Positions 14,532 to 24,129 of a DNA stretch of 63,877 nucleotides are shown here, in pieces. Position 1 is the first letter of the stretch; every line of letters starts with the position of its first letter. Under the pieces are notes generated by a model. The model was not told where the DNA came from, did no database searches, and saw only the letters and a list, made by a program, of their open reading frames with translations. The position numbers were made by a program, and so were the translations under genes. Where the stretch lies: contig JAQTVB010000003.1 in the NCBI GenBank assembly GCA_028707005.1, forward strand, positions 1-63,877, read 5' to 3'. The DNA comes from Patescibacteria group bacterium (GTDB lineage Bacteria; Patescibacteriota; Patescibacteriia; Patescibacteriales; GWC2-42-12).

Positions 14532-17396
14532 ATGCCAATAGAACAAACTCAACAACATACTCCTGAACAATTAGGCGATGATGAGTTAGAAATCGAGCCA
14601 GAGACTTCGCCGGAAGTGCAAACTATGGTTGAACAGATAAGCCAAAGCATAAAAGACAGCCAAGAATTCGCCGATGGTTTAGGCCGGCTAGCGAAAGATC
14701 AAATATTTGCTGGCGATAGGCAAGCATTGGAAGAAATTCTCTATCAAGAGGTGGGCAAAGGCAAGTTGGGCAAGGATGAAGCCCCATATTTTCAACGAGC
14801 TGGCCGAGGCTTAAAGATCAGGCACGCATTATTGACAATTATTGGCGCGGGCGGCAGTGACTATGCCTTGCGGGATAAAAATGGTTTGTTGGTTGATTCT
14901 CGAAAATTAAATTTTGGAGCGCAACAAGCGCTGGATGAAGACAAAAGGCGCGGAATCAAGCATTCAGTCAACGGCGCAGAAAAAAAAGAAGCAAGTGAAA
15001 GCGGCCAAGTTGAATTAGCGCCCAACCAACCTTACTGGAAGAAATATGAACTAGTTGACGGCAAAATGGAAAAAACATATATAGGCAAAAGAGCGGAAAA
15101 AGAGGCGATTCAGATTGCGGCTGATGTGCTAAATAGGCGGTTGGATGAGTTAACAACGAAGGATGGCGCGGCCCTAAGACAAACTAAAGAAAAAATTGAA
15201 AAAGACGAAAAATTAGCACAAAATGTTATAAGGGGATTGCAAGAAGAAGCTCAGGCGCGGCTAGCTAAGGCACAAAAAAAACAAGAAAAATTAGGCGCTG
15301 ACGATCCAAGCGTTAAAAAAGAGCAAGCTAAGTTAGAGGAGCTTAATAGAGAAATAGTTGAACTGCAAGGCAAATCGCAGTCAGAGCTTGAAACGCGGCG
15401 GGGCTTAATCAAAGACCAGCAAATTGCGTTAGATAATGAATTAAAAGTTATCCGCGAACCCCTGGAAGCACAATTAAAAGATATTGAAAAACCATTAGGA
15501 GATTTATCCAGTATTTTAGAAAGGGTGACGGATGAGGAAGCAACGCAAAGCGAGGAAGTTCTTTTTAGAAAAAAGAGGATAAGCAGTTTTGGCGGCGAGA
15601 AAGAATTAATGGAAAGTTTGGGTGAAGGCAAAGCAGAGTGGGCGCAAGAAATGGCTCAGCTGCAAGCCAACTCCGATGCTTTAAAAGCAGGTAAGAGAGA
15701 CTTAGAAAAAAGGATCGCTGAACTTCAGGCTAGAAAGCGTGAAGCAGAAAAAACTTTGGCTAGAATTGATAAGATCGGCAAAACTCCGGCTGAATTAAGT
15801 GAGAAACAAGCGGCTAAACAAAAGCCAGTGGCCGGTACTCAATCGGCCGGGCCGGTGGTTGTTACACGGTCGGAAGATTATAATCTAGAATTTCCTGATC
15901 AAGATGATCAACCGGCTCAGTCGGTCGGAGGGCCATCGGTCGGTTCGCAGAACAAGACCCATGAAGTTACCTCCTCTCAGGACCAGCTTTCAGAAAAATA
16001 TAGCAGTTTAATGGAACAGATGAAGTCTTTGAAAGAGCAGATCGTGTCTGAAGCCAGGGCTGGAAAGGCTGAAGCGGTTGCCAAAAAGGTGGAAGAAGTG
16101 AAACAAATTGTAGGTCAGCTAAAAGCAAATTTAGCAGAGCAAGTGAAGCATAGATATATTACACAGAAAGACGCGGATACTAAAAGTGGTAAATTTGACG
16201 AGATTATTGGATCTATGAATCGGTTTTGGTTGATAGCGCGAAACAATAAACTAAGATCCCAGAGAGAAAATCAGGTGAATCAAGCGCCAGTGGACACTGA
16301 AGAGCCGTTGCCGTCTAATGATTATGTTGAAGCTGATATCAAAGAAAGAGGAAGAATAAATCAAGAGGGATATGCAGTAGCAGATACTTCTCGTGATATT
16401 CCTCCGGAACAGTCGGCAGAAGAAATGGCCGCGGTTGACAATTGGGCGGATTCAGAAGCGGGGCGGCAGGAAATTGAAAACAAAGATAAAGAGGCAGAGA
16501 GAGGATGGCTTGGTGTTATTTTCAAGAGATTTTTAGGACGGAAAAGAGAAAAACAACAGGAAGTGACTACAACGGTTAATGAGTGGTATAAAAATATTTA
16601 CCCTAATGGCGTGGCTGACGCAAGACTCAAGATTTGGCAAGAACATTTTCGAGCGGCTGATCAGGGATATAATATAATGACTAAAATGAGCGAGAGCCAG
16701 GTTGAGAAGGCTTTGATAAAATTTTTATTAGCTGCTAATTCAGCAGAGCATAAGTCCGGCAAGGGGAAGTTTTCTGCCGATAGCGCTGAACGTTTGGCGA
16801 CGCGACTTTTACAAGCAGCTCTTCGAAGAATGCAAAAAGGTAAGCATGAGGGTGGGCCGTCTAAGGAGAAGGTCGCTGCCGCAAAAACACCGCCAGTAGC
16901 TCCTCCTCCATCTCCAGCTCCAGAAAATCCAAGAAGTACCATAGTAGACTTAGCTAATGCTTTTGATCAGGGTCTGCAAGGTAGGGGAACTGAAAATACG
17001 GCGCCGCCCGCTCCACCGTCAGAAACTTCAGCCCCCGATCGCACTAAGACTGAACCGGAGACACCCCCTCAGCCGTCTGCCGAACCCGAGGCTACAGAGG
17101 CGGAAACGGGTCAGGAAACTGGAGAAAGCGTTAGATTATCGGCCGAACAATTATTGGATCTGCTTGGAGAAAATTTGAGAGGTCTGAATCGTGCTAAGAA
17201 GGGGGCTCTCAATACACATTTTGGTTTGTCCGGAAGGCGCTTGGCCGAACAAGCGGCAGAGAAGTTTTTTACTCTCCAAGAAGCGAAGACAGCAGTGGCG
17301 GGGTATGCGACTAGCGTGTCTGGGCTACCCAAAGCCCAGGCTGAAGCAATGGCTGATGAAAAAATAGAACAATTTTTAAACAAGGATAAAAAATAA
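14532..17396 (+). CDS. Large (954 aa) acidic/Lys-rich coiled-coil protein with a Pro-rich segment; no family recognised
   Basis: A single uninterrupted ORF with long heptad-like E/K/Q/L stretches and a PPVAPPPSPAPENP...APPAPPSETSAP linker. No TM or signal peptide seen. Confidence 0.55.
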   Translation: MPIEQTQQHTPEQLGDDELEIEPETSPEVQTMVEQISQSIKDSQEFADGLGRLAKDQIFAGDRQALEEILYQEVGKGKLGKDEAPYFQRAGRGLKIRHALLTIIGAGGSDYALRDKNGLLVDSRKLNFGAQQALDEDKRRGIKHSVNGAEKKEASESGQVELAPNQPYWKKYELVDGKMEKTYIGKRAEKEAIQIAADVLNRRLDELTTKDGAALRQTKEKIEKDEKLAQNVIRGLQEEAQARLAKAQKKQEKLGADDPSVKKEQAKLEELNREIVELQGKSQSELETRRGLIKDQQIALDNELKVIREPLEAQLKDIEKPLGDLSSILERVTDEEATQSEEVLFRKKRISSFGGEKELMESLGEGKAEWAQEMAQLQANSDALKAGKRDLEKRIAELQARKREAEKTLARIDKIGKTPAELSEKQAAKQKPVAGTQSAGPVVVTRSEDYNLEFPDQDDQPAQSVGGPSVGSQNKTHEVTSSQDQLSEKYSSLMEQMKSLKEQIVSEARAGKAEAVAKKVEEVKQIVGQLKANLAEQVKHRYITQKDADTKSGKFDEIIGSMNRFWLIARNNKLRSQRENQVNQAPVDTEEPLPSNDYVEADIKERGRINQEGYAVADTSRDIPPEQSAEEMAAVDNWADSEAGRQEIENKDKEAERGWLGVIFKRFLGRKREKQQEVTTTVNEWYKNIYPNGVADARLKIWQEHFRAADQGYNIMTKMSESQVEKALIKFLLAANSAEHKSGKGKFSADSAERLATRLLQAALRRMQKGKHEGGPSKEKVAAAKTPPVAPPPSPAPENPRSTIVDLANAFDQGLQGRGTENTAPPAPPSETSAPDRTKTEPETPPQPSAEPEATEAETGQETGESVRLSAEQLLDLLGENLRGLNRAKKGALNTHFGLSGRRLAEQAAEKFFTLQEAKTAVAGYATSVSGLPKAQAEAMADEKIEQFLNKDKK

Positions 17397-17401
17397 ATAT
17401 T

Positions 17402-17605
17402 ATGCCCAAGCAAAATAATCAAGCCCAGCAGGCGCAGGCTTTGCTGGATGAATTCAAGGCCGCTAACGCCAAGGCTAAAGCCTTCCTAAGCGATTTGGAT
17501 AAAAAAATCGCCGCCGCCGACTTAAAGTACGCGCAGCATTTGGTGCAAAATGACATCAATATCATGAAAGCGGCCAAGACGGTGCTAGAGGGCGAAGGGA
17601 AATAA
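17402..17605 (+). CDS. Small (67 aa) helical hypothetical protein
   Basis: The ORF starts 5 nt after the 954-aa gene's stop. Ala/Lys-rich helical composition. Confidence 0.35.
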   Translation: MPKQNNQAQQAQALLDEFKAANAKAKAFLSDLDKKIAAADLKYAQHLVQNDINIMKAAKTVLEGEGK

Positions 17606-17787
17606 TAATTTTCAATTCTCAATTCTCAATTTTCCCGCCCGCCTCGCAAGCAAGGCGCGCGGGCGGGCAATCAATTTTCAATGAATTAATTTTCAATTTG
17701 TGTTTAGTGATTGAAATATTAAGTCATTGTTTAAAAATTAAAAATTGCCTGCCTGCCGGTAGGCAGGAAAATTAAAAATTTTATTCT
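17606..17787. repeat. Word-hairpin-word spacer with two GC hairpins
   Basis: TTTTCAATTC words flank CCCGCCCGCC...GCGGGCGGG (17634-17667). AAAATTAAAAATT words flank CCTGCCTGCCGGTAGGCAGG (17748-17767). The block 17672-17699 recurs at 61616-61643. Confidence 0.9.
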
Positions 17788-18432
17788 ATGTACATCACTT
17801 GGTTAGGACAATCCTGCTTTAAACTGCAGGACAAAATCGGCCCGGACGGCTGTTTATTGGTGACCGATCCGTATAACGACGATACGGGCATGAAAATGCC
17901 GCATTTTGAAGCCGACATCGTGACGGTGAGCCATGATCATCATGACCACAATAATGCCGGCGCCATCCGCGGCAACCCGCTGATTATCAATACGGCTGGA
18001 GAGTATGAGACCAGGGGCGTTTTTATTGAAGGCGTGGAAGCCTGGCACGATGATAAAAGCGGAGCGGAACGGGGGAAAAATATTATTTACCGGATTGAGA
18101 TGGAAGATATTTCCATAACTCATTTGGGCGACTTGGGGCATGTCTTAGATACCAAACAGCTGGAAAAATTGGAAGGCACGGACATTTTATTGATCCCGGT
18201 GGGCGGCAAATATACGCTTAACGCGGCTAAGGCCGTGGAAGTAATCTCGCAGATTGAACCGCGCCTTGTCATACCCATGCATTACAAAACGCCCGGGCTT
18301 AAAGCGGATATTGACGGCGTGGATAAATTTATTAAAGAAATCGGCATTAAGCCCAGGCAGGAAGAGAAGTTAAAGATTTCAAAGAAAGATTTGCCGCAGG
18401 AAGATATGGAATTGGTGGTGCTAAGCCTATAA
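17788..18432 (+). CDS. MBL-fold metal-dependent hydrolase (UPF0173-like)
   Basis: MYITWLGQSCFKL..., the HDHHDH motif, a ~214-aa size and ...GDLGH... are typical of this family. Confidence 0.7.
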   Translation: MYITWLGQSCFKLQDKIGPDGCLLVTDPYNDDTGMKMPHFEADIVTVSHDHHDHNNAGAIRGNPLIINTAGEYETRGVFIEGVEAWHDDKSGAERGKNIIYRIEMEDISITHLGDLGHVLDTKQLEKLEGTDILLIPVGGKYTLNAAKAVEVISQIEPRLVIPMHYKTPGLKADIDGVDKFIKEIGIKPRQEEKLKISKKDLPQEDMELVVLSL

Positions 18433-18438
18433 GGGAGT

Positions 18439-18467
18439 TTGACATAGCTTTGGCTTAAGCTTATAAT
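18439..18467 (+). promoter_or_regulatory. Consensus sigma-70 promoter, TTGACA-N17-TATAAT
   Basis: Exact hexamers at 18439-18444 and 18462-18467. The ATG at 18482 implies a very short leader. Confidence 0.7.
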
Positions 18468-18481
18468 GTAGTTATAATAAT

Positions 18482-18802
18482 ATGGCAGACAAAATAACAA
18501 TTGACAGTTTGGCTGGCATGATGAAGAAAGAGTTTGATATTATGGGTGATCGGTTTGATAAAGTAGATCAGAGATTTAATAAGCTTGAAGGTCGGATGGA
18601 AAAAATTGAAGCTACCATGGTGACTAAGGACTATTTAGATGAAAAATTGGCCGATCTGCGCGGCGATTTAGTGGTGTTAACGCGGAAAGAAGACAATAAA
18701 GTGTGCAAATTAATAGCAGTGCTAAAAAGGCGTAAAGTTATTTCCGAAGCTGAAGAAAAAGAAATTTTATCCATGGAACCGTTTGCCAAGATGTCTGTCT
18801 AA
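18482..18802 (+). CDS. Small coiled-coil protein (paralog of 56428..56730)
   Basis: KKEFDIMGDRFDKVDQRFNKLEGRMEKIE resembles KGEFDHVDDEFKKVNGRFDKVEDDLKELK. Both genes sit behind perfect consensus promoters. Confidence 0.5.
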   Translation: MADKITIDSLAGMMKKEFDIMGDRFDKVDQRFNKLEGRMEKIEATMVTKDYLDEKLADLRGDLVVLTRKEDNKVCKLIAVLKRRKVISEAEEKEILSMEPFAKMSV

Positions 18803-18987
18803 ATTGATTAAAAATATTTTTTTAAATAAAACTCCGTTTAGGCGGAGTTTTATTTAATATTAGCCATAATATAAAGGGAAAGACAGAAGCAAAGTTTTGC
18901 TTTTCAGCTGTTTACTTCTTTGGGCCTTTTTGCTATAATTTAAATAGTTTTAGGCGCTTTTCCGGCGCGATTTTTAAATGTCATTTT

Positions 18988-19371
18988 ATGCCCCCAAGGA
19001 GGCCAAACAAGCCAACTCTGGTTGACCGCGAAGCGGCTCAAGCCAAAAATCAGCTCATTGCCAAAGTCGGCGTTACCAGTGTCATGATCATCTTTTTTAT
19101 TATCTGGATGTTTGTCCTAAAATATGAATTTTCAGTAAGCACCAGATCAAGCCGAACCAACAGCGGGTTTGATTTAAACCAGGTGAGGAGCGAATTGGAT
19201 AAAACCATGCAGAAAGTGAAAGAAGGCATTGCCGAGATTAAGGCCATACAGCAGAATTCGCAGAGCGCTACTTCATCTCGGGCGGCGGATTTAACGCCCG
19301 AGCAGTTGGATTTGTTAAAAGGCAAGCTGTTGGACGGGATGGCCAGCGGGACGGAGACAATTAACAATTAA
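18988..19371 (+). CDS. Hypothetical membrane protein (one TM)
   Basis: ORF with the TM segment VTSVMIIFFIIWMFVL. No family recognised. Confidence 0.35.
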   Translation: MPPRRPNKPTLVDREAAQAKNQLIAKVGVTSVMIIFFIIWMFVLKYEFSVSTRSSRTNSGFDLNQVRSELDKTMQKVKEGIAEIKAIQQNSQSATSSRAADLTPEQLDLLKGKLLDGMASGTETINN

Positions 19372-19454
19372 AAATTACGAATTACGAATCAAGAATTGAT
19401 TAAGTCATTTCTGCGGCTCCGCCGGTAAACAGAGACGCGGGAATAATCAATATA

Positions 19455-22151
19455 ATGGCTAAAAAAATAATCAAGAAAAAAAAGAAAATTGGAAATAAAA
19501 AGGCCGCTAAGATTGAGCCGGTTGTTAAAAAGGTTGTGAAAGATCAGGAAATTATGGAAGCCGTAGTTAAGGCTGATAAAATCCCCCTTAATCCCCCTTT
19601 ATCAAGGGGGAAAAATCAGGTTGACGAAGAAGCGGTTGAATCTGCGAATAAGAACGGCGTGGGTTCTATTCCCAATTTGACGGTTACCAAAAGAGAAAAA
19701 ACTCTTTATGGCACGGTTGAACCGCAACCCCTGGTGAGCGAAATCCGCCAATCATATCTGGATTACGCCATGAGCGTAATCGTCTCTCGCGCTTTGCCGG
19801 ACGTACGCGACGGCTTAAAGCCGGTGCATCGGAGAATTTTATATGCCATGTGGAGCATCGGCTTGAAGGCTGGCGCGCGGTTCAGGAAATCGGCCACCGT
19901 GGTCGGCGAAGTTTTGGGCAAATACCACCCGCACGGCGATTCCGCGGTCTACGATTCCATGGTGAGGATGGCGCAGGATTTTTCCATGCGCTACCCGTTA
20001 GTGCGCGGCCAAGGCAACTTCGGTTCTATGGACGGCGACAGCGCCGCGGCCATGCGCTATACCGAAGCGAAATTATCCGCCATTGCCGAAGAGCTGATGT
20101 TTGATATTGAAAAAAACACGGTTAATTTCGTACCTAATTTTGACGGTTCCCAGCAGGAGCCGCTCGTCATGCCGGCTAAATTGCCCAATCTTTTGTTAAA
20201 TGGCACCATGGGCATCGCCGTGGGCATGGCGACCAACATTCCGCCGCATAATTTAAAAGAATTGGTGGGAGCCATCACTCATCTGATAGATCATCCCGAC
20301 GCTACGGTTGAAGATTTAATGCAATTCGTTAAAGGGCCGGATTTTCCCACCGGCGGCGTAATTTTTAACCAAAAAGACATTTTGCAGGCTTATGCTACCG
20401 GCAAGGGCGGCATTGTCATGCGCGGCGTAGCTGAAGTGGCGGAAAATAAAAACGGCCAATTTCAAATAGTTATTTCCGAGATACCGTATCAGATCAATAA
20501 AGCCGCTTTAGTGGAAAAGATCGCCGAGCTGGTCAAAGACAAAAAATTGGAAGGCATCAAAGACTTGCGCGACGAATCGGATAAAGAAGGCGTGCGCGTG
20601 GTCATTGATTTGAAAAAAGACGCTTACCCCAAAAAGATTTTAAACAATTTGTTCAAGATGACTCAGCTGCAAGAGACTTTTCATGTTAACATGCTGGCTT
20701 TAGTTGACGGCCTGCAACCCAAGGTTTTAACCTTAAAAATGGTTTTAGAAGAGTATATTAAGCATCGCCTGGAAGTGGTTAAGCGCCGAACGCAATTTGA
20801 TTTGGACAAGGCCCGCGAACGCGCCCATATTTTAGAAGGCTTGATGATCGCTTTAAATAATATTGACGCGGTAATTAAGGTGATTAAAGCTTCCAAGGAT
20901 AAAGAAGTGGCTAAGATTAATCTGATGAAAAAATTCAAATTGACCGAGCGTCAGTCTGTTGCCATCCTGGACATGCGTTTGTCCGCCCTGGCCAATCTGG
21001 AAAGGCTGAAGATTGAAAATGAATTGAAAGAAAAGCGGGCGCTGATTAAGGAGTTGGAAGCGATTTTGAAGTCGGCCGCGAAAGTCAAAGAAATAATTAA
21101 AAAAGAAATTAAGGAATTGGCGGAAAAATTCGGCGATGACAGAAAAACCAAGGTGATGGCGCATGGCGTTAAGGAGTTTTCCGCCGAGGATTTAGTGCCG
21201 AACGAAGAGGCGGTAGTGATGATGACGCGCGACGGCTATATCAAGCGGCTGGCGCCGGACATTTTTAAGGTGCAAGGTCGAGGCGGCAAGGGCGTCATCG
21301 GCTTAACCACCAAAGAGGAAGACATGGTGGATTTTATGTTCACGACCATGACGCATAATGATTTATTGTTTTTTACCACCAAAGGCCGGGTTTTCCAGCT
21401 TAAGGCCTATGAAATACCGCCGGCGGCCAGGACCGCTAAAGGCACGCCGATTGTCAACTTTTTGCAGCTGGCCGGCGGGGAAAAAATTACCTCGGTTTTG
21501 CCTTTGGATAAGCTGGCCAAGAGCAAATTTCTTTTTTTCGCCACGGAGAAGGGCTTGGTTAAGAAAGTGAAGATTGACGCCTTTGCCAATGTGCGCCGTT
21601 CCGGCTTGATTGCCATCAAGATTAAAGATGATGATAAACTAATCTGGACCAAACCGACCGCGGGCGACGATCAAATTGAGCTGGTGACGGCTTTGGGCCA
21701 GGCGATCAGGTTTAAAGAAACCGATGTGCGCGATATGGGCCGGAACGCGGCCGGCGTGCGTGGCATTCGTTTGAAAAAGCAAGGCGATGCGGTGGTTGGT
21801 ATGGGCATAATTAAAAACGACAAAGAGAAAATGAAAAAATATCAAGTTTTGGCTATTGCGGAAAATGGCTTTGGCAAACGCACCAGCTTGGGCTTTTATA
21901 AAGTACAGGGCCGGGGCGGGTCAGGTATAAAAACAGCTAAAGTTACATCTAAAACTGGAAAATTAATCAACGCTTTTGTGGTTAATGCCGAATCAATGGA
22001 AGCCAAAGACCTGATTATCATTTCGGAAAAAGGCCAGGTAATCAGATTGCCGTTTAAGAGCGTTAACCTGCTGGGCCGCGATACGCAGGGCGTTAGGCTG
22101 ATGCGCTTTAAGGAAGAATCGGATAAAGTAGCCTGCGTAACGTGGGTGTAA
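19455..22151 (+). CDS. gyrA: DNA gyrase subunit A, with a ~90-aa Lys-rich N-terminal extension
   Basis: [42 protein letters not shown] and C-terminal beta-pinwheel repeats. The true start is uncertain (see findings). Confidence 0.9.
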   Translation: MAKKIIKKKKKIGNKKAAKIEPVVKKVVKDQEIMEAVVKADKIPLNPPLSRGKNQVDEEAVESANKNGVGSIPNLTVTKREKTLYGTVEPQPLVSEIRQSYLDYAMSVIVSRALPDVRDGLKPVHRRILYAMWSIGLKAGARFRKSATVVGEVLGKYHPHGDSAVYDSMVRMAQDFSMRYPLVRGQGNFGSMDGDSAAAMRYTEAKLSAIAEELMFDIEKNTVNFVPNFDGSQQEPLVMPAKLPNLLLNGTMGIAVGMATNIPPHNLKELVGAITHLIDHPDATVEDLMQFVKGPDFPTGGVIFNQKDILQAYATGKGGIVMRGVAEVAENKNGQFQIVISEIPYQINKAALVEKIAELVKDKKLEGIKDLRDESDKEGVRVVIDLKKDAYPKKILNNLFKMTQLQETFHVNMLALVDGLQPKVLTLKMVLEEYIKHRLEVVKRRTQFDLDKARERAHILEGLMIALNNIDAVIKVIKASKDKEVAKINLMKKFKLTERQSVAILDMRLSALANLERLKIENELKEKRALIKELEAILKSAAKVKEIIKKEIKELAEKFGDDRKTKVMAHGVKEFSAEDLVPNEEAVVMMTRDGYIKRLAPDIFKVQGRGGKGVIGLTTKEEDMVDFMFTTMTHNDLLFFTTKGRVFQLKAYEIPPAARTAKGTPIVNFLQLAGGEKITSVLPLDKLAKSKFLFFATEKGLVKKVKIDAFANVRRSGLIAIKIKDDDKLIWTKPTAGDDQIELVTALGQAIRFKETDVRDMGRNAAGVRGIRLKKQGDAVVGMGIIKNDKEKMKKYQVLAIAENGFGKRTSLGFYKVQGRGGSGIKTAKVTSKTGKLINAFVVNAESMEAKDLIIISEKGQVIRLPFKSVNLLGRDTQGVRLMRFKEESDKVACVTWV
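19580..19610 (+). repeat. 30-nt palindromic element, copy 2 (in the gyrA N-terminal extension: [10 protein letters not shown])
   Basis: AATCCCCCTTAATCCCCCTTTATCAAGGGGG. Confidence 0.9.
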
Positions 22152-22261
22152 AACAATTAAAAATTAAGAATTAACAATTAATAACAGTACTTACGCACTT
22201 TAAATTTCAAGCTGATCTTAAAATAGACTATCAATTAAAAGCAACAGACTATAATGCTAAT

Positions 22262-22345
22262 TCCGCGAATTAGGGAGCGAATGCTGCGAATGATGAATAA
22301 TATTCGCGGCATTCGCCTTTATTCGCAGATTCGCATTATATCCCA
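22262..22345. repeat. Inverted word array (GCGAATGCTGCGAAT / ATTCGCGGCATTCGC)
   Basis: Read directly. It is flanked by the 11-bp inverted repeat TACTTACGCAC (about 22189) / GTGCGTAAGTA (about 22398). Confidence 0.85.
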
Positions 22346-22419
22346 GTTCTTGCCAAAAATAAATAGTTTATCTTTAAAATTCGCTAAACTTTTTATGTGC
22401 GTAAGTAATGTTAATAATT

Positions 22420-22596
22420 ATGTCGATAAAAGTAAACCATGAATTGTGCATCGGCTGCGGCGCTTGCGAAGCCGTCTGTCCGGCAGTTTTTAAAATGAAC
22501 GCCGTGGGCAAGGCCGAGGCCGTAAGCCAGGATGATCCGGGATGCACTAAAGCCGCGGCCGAAAGTTGCCCGGTGCAGGCGATCGAAGCCAATTAA
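22420..22596 (+). CDS. Small 4Fe-4S ferredoxin
   Basis: MSIKVNHELCIGCGACEAVCP...AAESCPVQAI gives CxxCxxC...CP plus a distal CP cluster ligand pattern. Confidence 0.75.
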   Translation: MSIKVNHELCIGCGACEAVCPAVFKMNAVGKAEAVSQDDPGCTKAAAESCPVQAIEAN

Positions 22597-22790
22597 AAAT
22601 TAAAAATTACGAATTGACAATTAAAAACAATCCATTAGTCATGGTGGGTTGTTTTTTGTTGGAAAAAGTGATAGAATAATGCAAAATGTAAATCTCCCGC
22701 CCGCAATGCCTAAGCGTAGCTTTGGCGGGCGCGGCAAAATGCAAAATGACAATGTAAAGTTTAAAATTATTAATTTTACATTAAATTTTT

Positions 22791-24086
22791 ATGACTCTGG
22801 AAAATCTAAAAAAGCTGAATATTCCAATAACCCCCGGCTCGTACCAATTTTACAATGTTAAGGGCGAAATTATTTATATCGGCAAAGCGGCTAATTTAAA
22901 AAGCCGGGTTTTGTCTTACTGGCAAAAAAGCGCGAATCATGCGCCGGCCAAGAGCAAGATGGTTGCTGAAGTAAAGAAAATAACATGGATTAGCGTGGAC
23001 AGCGAAATTGAGGCTTTGCTTTTGGAAGCTAACCTGATTAAAAAATATCAGCCATATTATAACGTGCTGCTCCGCGACGATAAGCGGTTTGCCTATATTA
23101 AAATTTCGCTCTCCGATGAGATCCCCGGCGTTTTCATAACCCGGCAAATTGACAAATCTGGCAAATATTTTGGGCCGTTCGTCAGTTCGCAAGCGGCGCG
23201 CGAAACCATCAAAGCCGTCAGAAAAATTTTTCCTTATTGCACCATGCGCCGGGCGCAAAAGCGGCCCTGCTTTTATCATCAGATCGGCCGCTGTCTTGGC
23301 GTCTGCGGAGGAATAATCAGCCAGCAGGAATATATGAAGCGGGTAATTAAACCATTGATAATGTTTTTGGAAGGAAAAAAAAGTAAGATAGTTAAGAACC
23401 TGGAAGTCAGAATTAAGAAGTTAGAAAAAAATAATGCGAATGCTGCGAATGTAGATGCGAATGCTGCGAATAGAGAATTAATAAATTTGAAGTTTCAACT
23501 GAAAAACATGAAATATGTTTTAGAAAGCGCCAGGGTGTTAAGCGTGGGCGAGAAATATGCTAACGATGTGGTGGAATTAGCCAAGATGCTGGCCTTGCCC
23601 AAGGTTCCGGAACGAATTGAGGGTTATGACATTGCTAATATTTTTGGCCGAGAAGCGGTTGGCTCAATGGTAGTTTTTACTGCCGGTGAGGCGAATAAAA
23701 GTGAATATAGAAAATTTAAGATTAAAATAGGCCAGGGAGAAGCTAATGATGTGGGCATGTTGAAAGAGGTGCTGGAGAGAAGATTTAATAATACTTGGCC
23801 AGCTCCAGACTTGATTATCGTTGACGGCGGCAAAGCCCAGCTGAACGCGGCTTTAAGAGTATTGCAGCGGCGCAAGTTGCCAATTCCGCTGATTGCCATT
23901 TCTAAAGGGTTGGGCTTAAGATCAGCCAATGCTCCTGACAAGCTATTTTTTCCCGGCCAGGCCAGGCCGCTGGAATTGCCTTTGGCTTCGCCGGCTCTGC
24001 ACCTGATAAAGCGGGTGCGCGATGAGGCGCACCGCTTCGCCATCGGCTATCATCGGCAACTAAGAAGCCGAGAGAATTTTAAATAA
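22791..24086 (+). CDS. uvrC: Excinuclease ABC subunit C (short form, no C-terminal HhH)
   Basis: GIY-YIG N-terminus (PGSYQFYNVKGEIIYIGKAANLKSRVLSY) and the UvrC endonuclease domain (EGYDIANIFGREAVGSMVVF...IVDGGKAQL). Confidence 0.8.
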   Translation: MTLENLKKLNIPITPGSYQFYNVKGEIIYIGKAANLKSRVLSYWQKSANHAPAKSKMVAEVKKITWISVDSEIEALLLEANLIKKYQPYYNVLLRDDKRFAYIKISLSDEIPGVFITRQIDKSGKYFGPFVSSQAARETIKAVRKIFPYCTMRRAQKRPCFYHQIGRCLGVCGGIISQQEYMKRVIKPLIMFLEGKKSKIVKNLEVRIKKLEKNNANAANVDANAANRELINLKFQLKNMKYVLESARVLSVGEKYANDVVELAKMLALPKVPERIEGYDIANIFGREAVGSMVVFTAGEANKSEYRKFKIKIGQGEANDVGMLKEVLERRFNNTWPAPDLIIVDGGKAQLNAALRVLQRRKLPIPLIAISKGLGLRSANAPDKLFFPGQARPLELPLASPALHLIKRVRDEAHRFAIGYHRQLRSRENFK

Positions 24087-24129
24087 AAAAACGTAGAGAC
24101 GCGCCGCGGCGCGTCTCTACGTTTTTTTA
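24084..24129. terminator. Bidirectional intrinsic terminator between convergent uvrC and the RND gene
   Basis: 15-bp perfect stem ACGTAGAGACGCGCC (24091-24105) / GGCGCGTCTCTACGT (24108-24122), flanked by an A-run and a T-run. Confidence 0.85.

Noticed and set aside
22254-22861. ORFs 22254..22442 and 22649..22861.
   Set aside because: They are translated almost entirely from word-repeat and hairpin spacer sequence and overlap the ferredoxin and uvrC starts.
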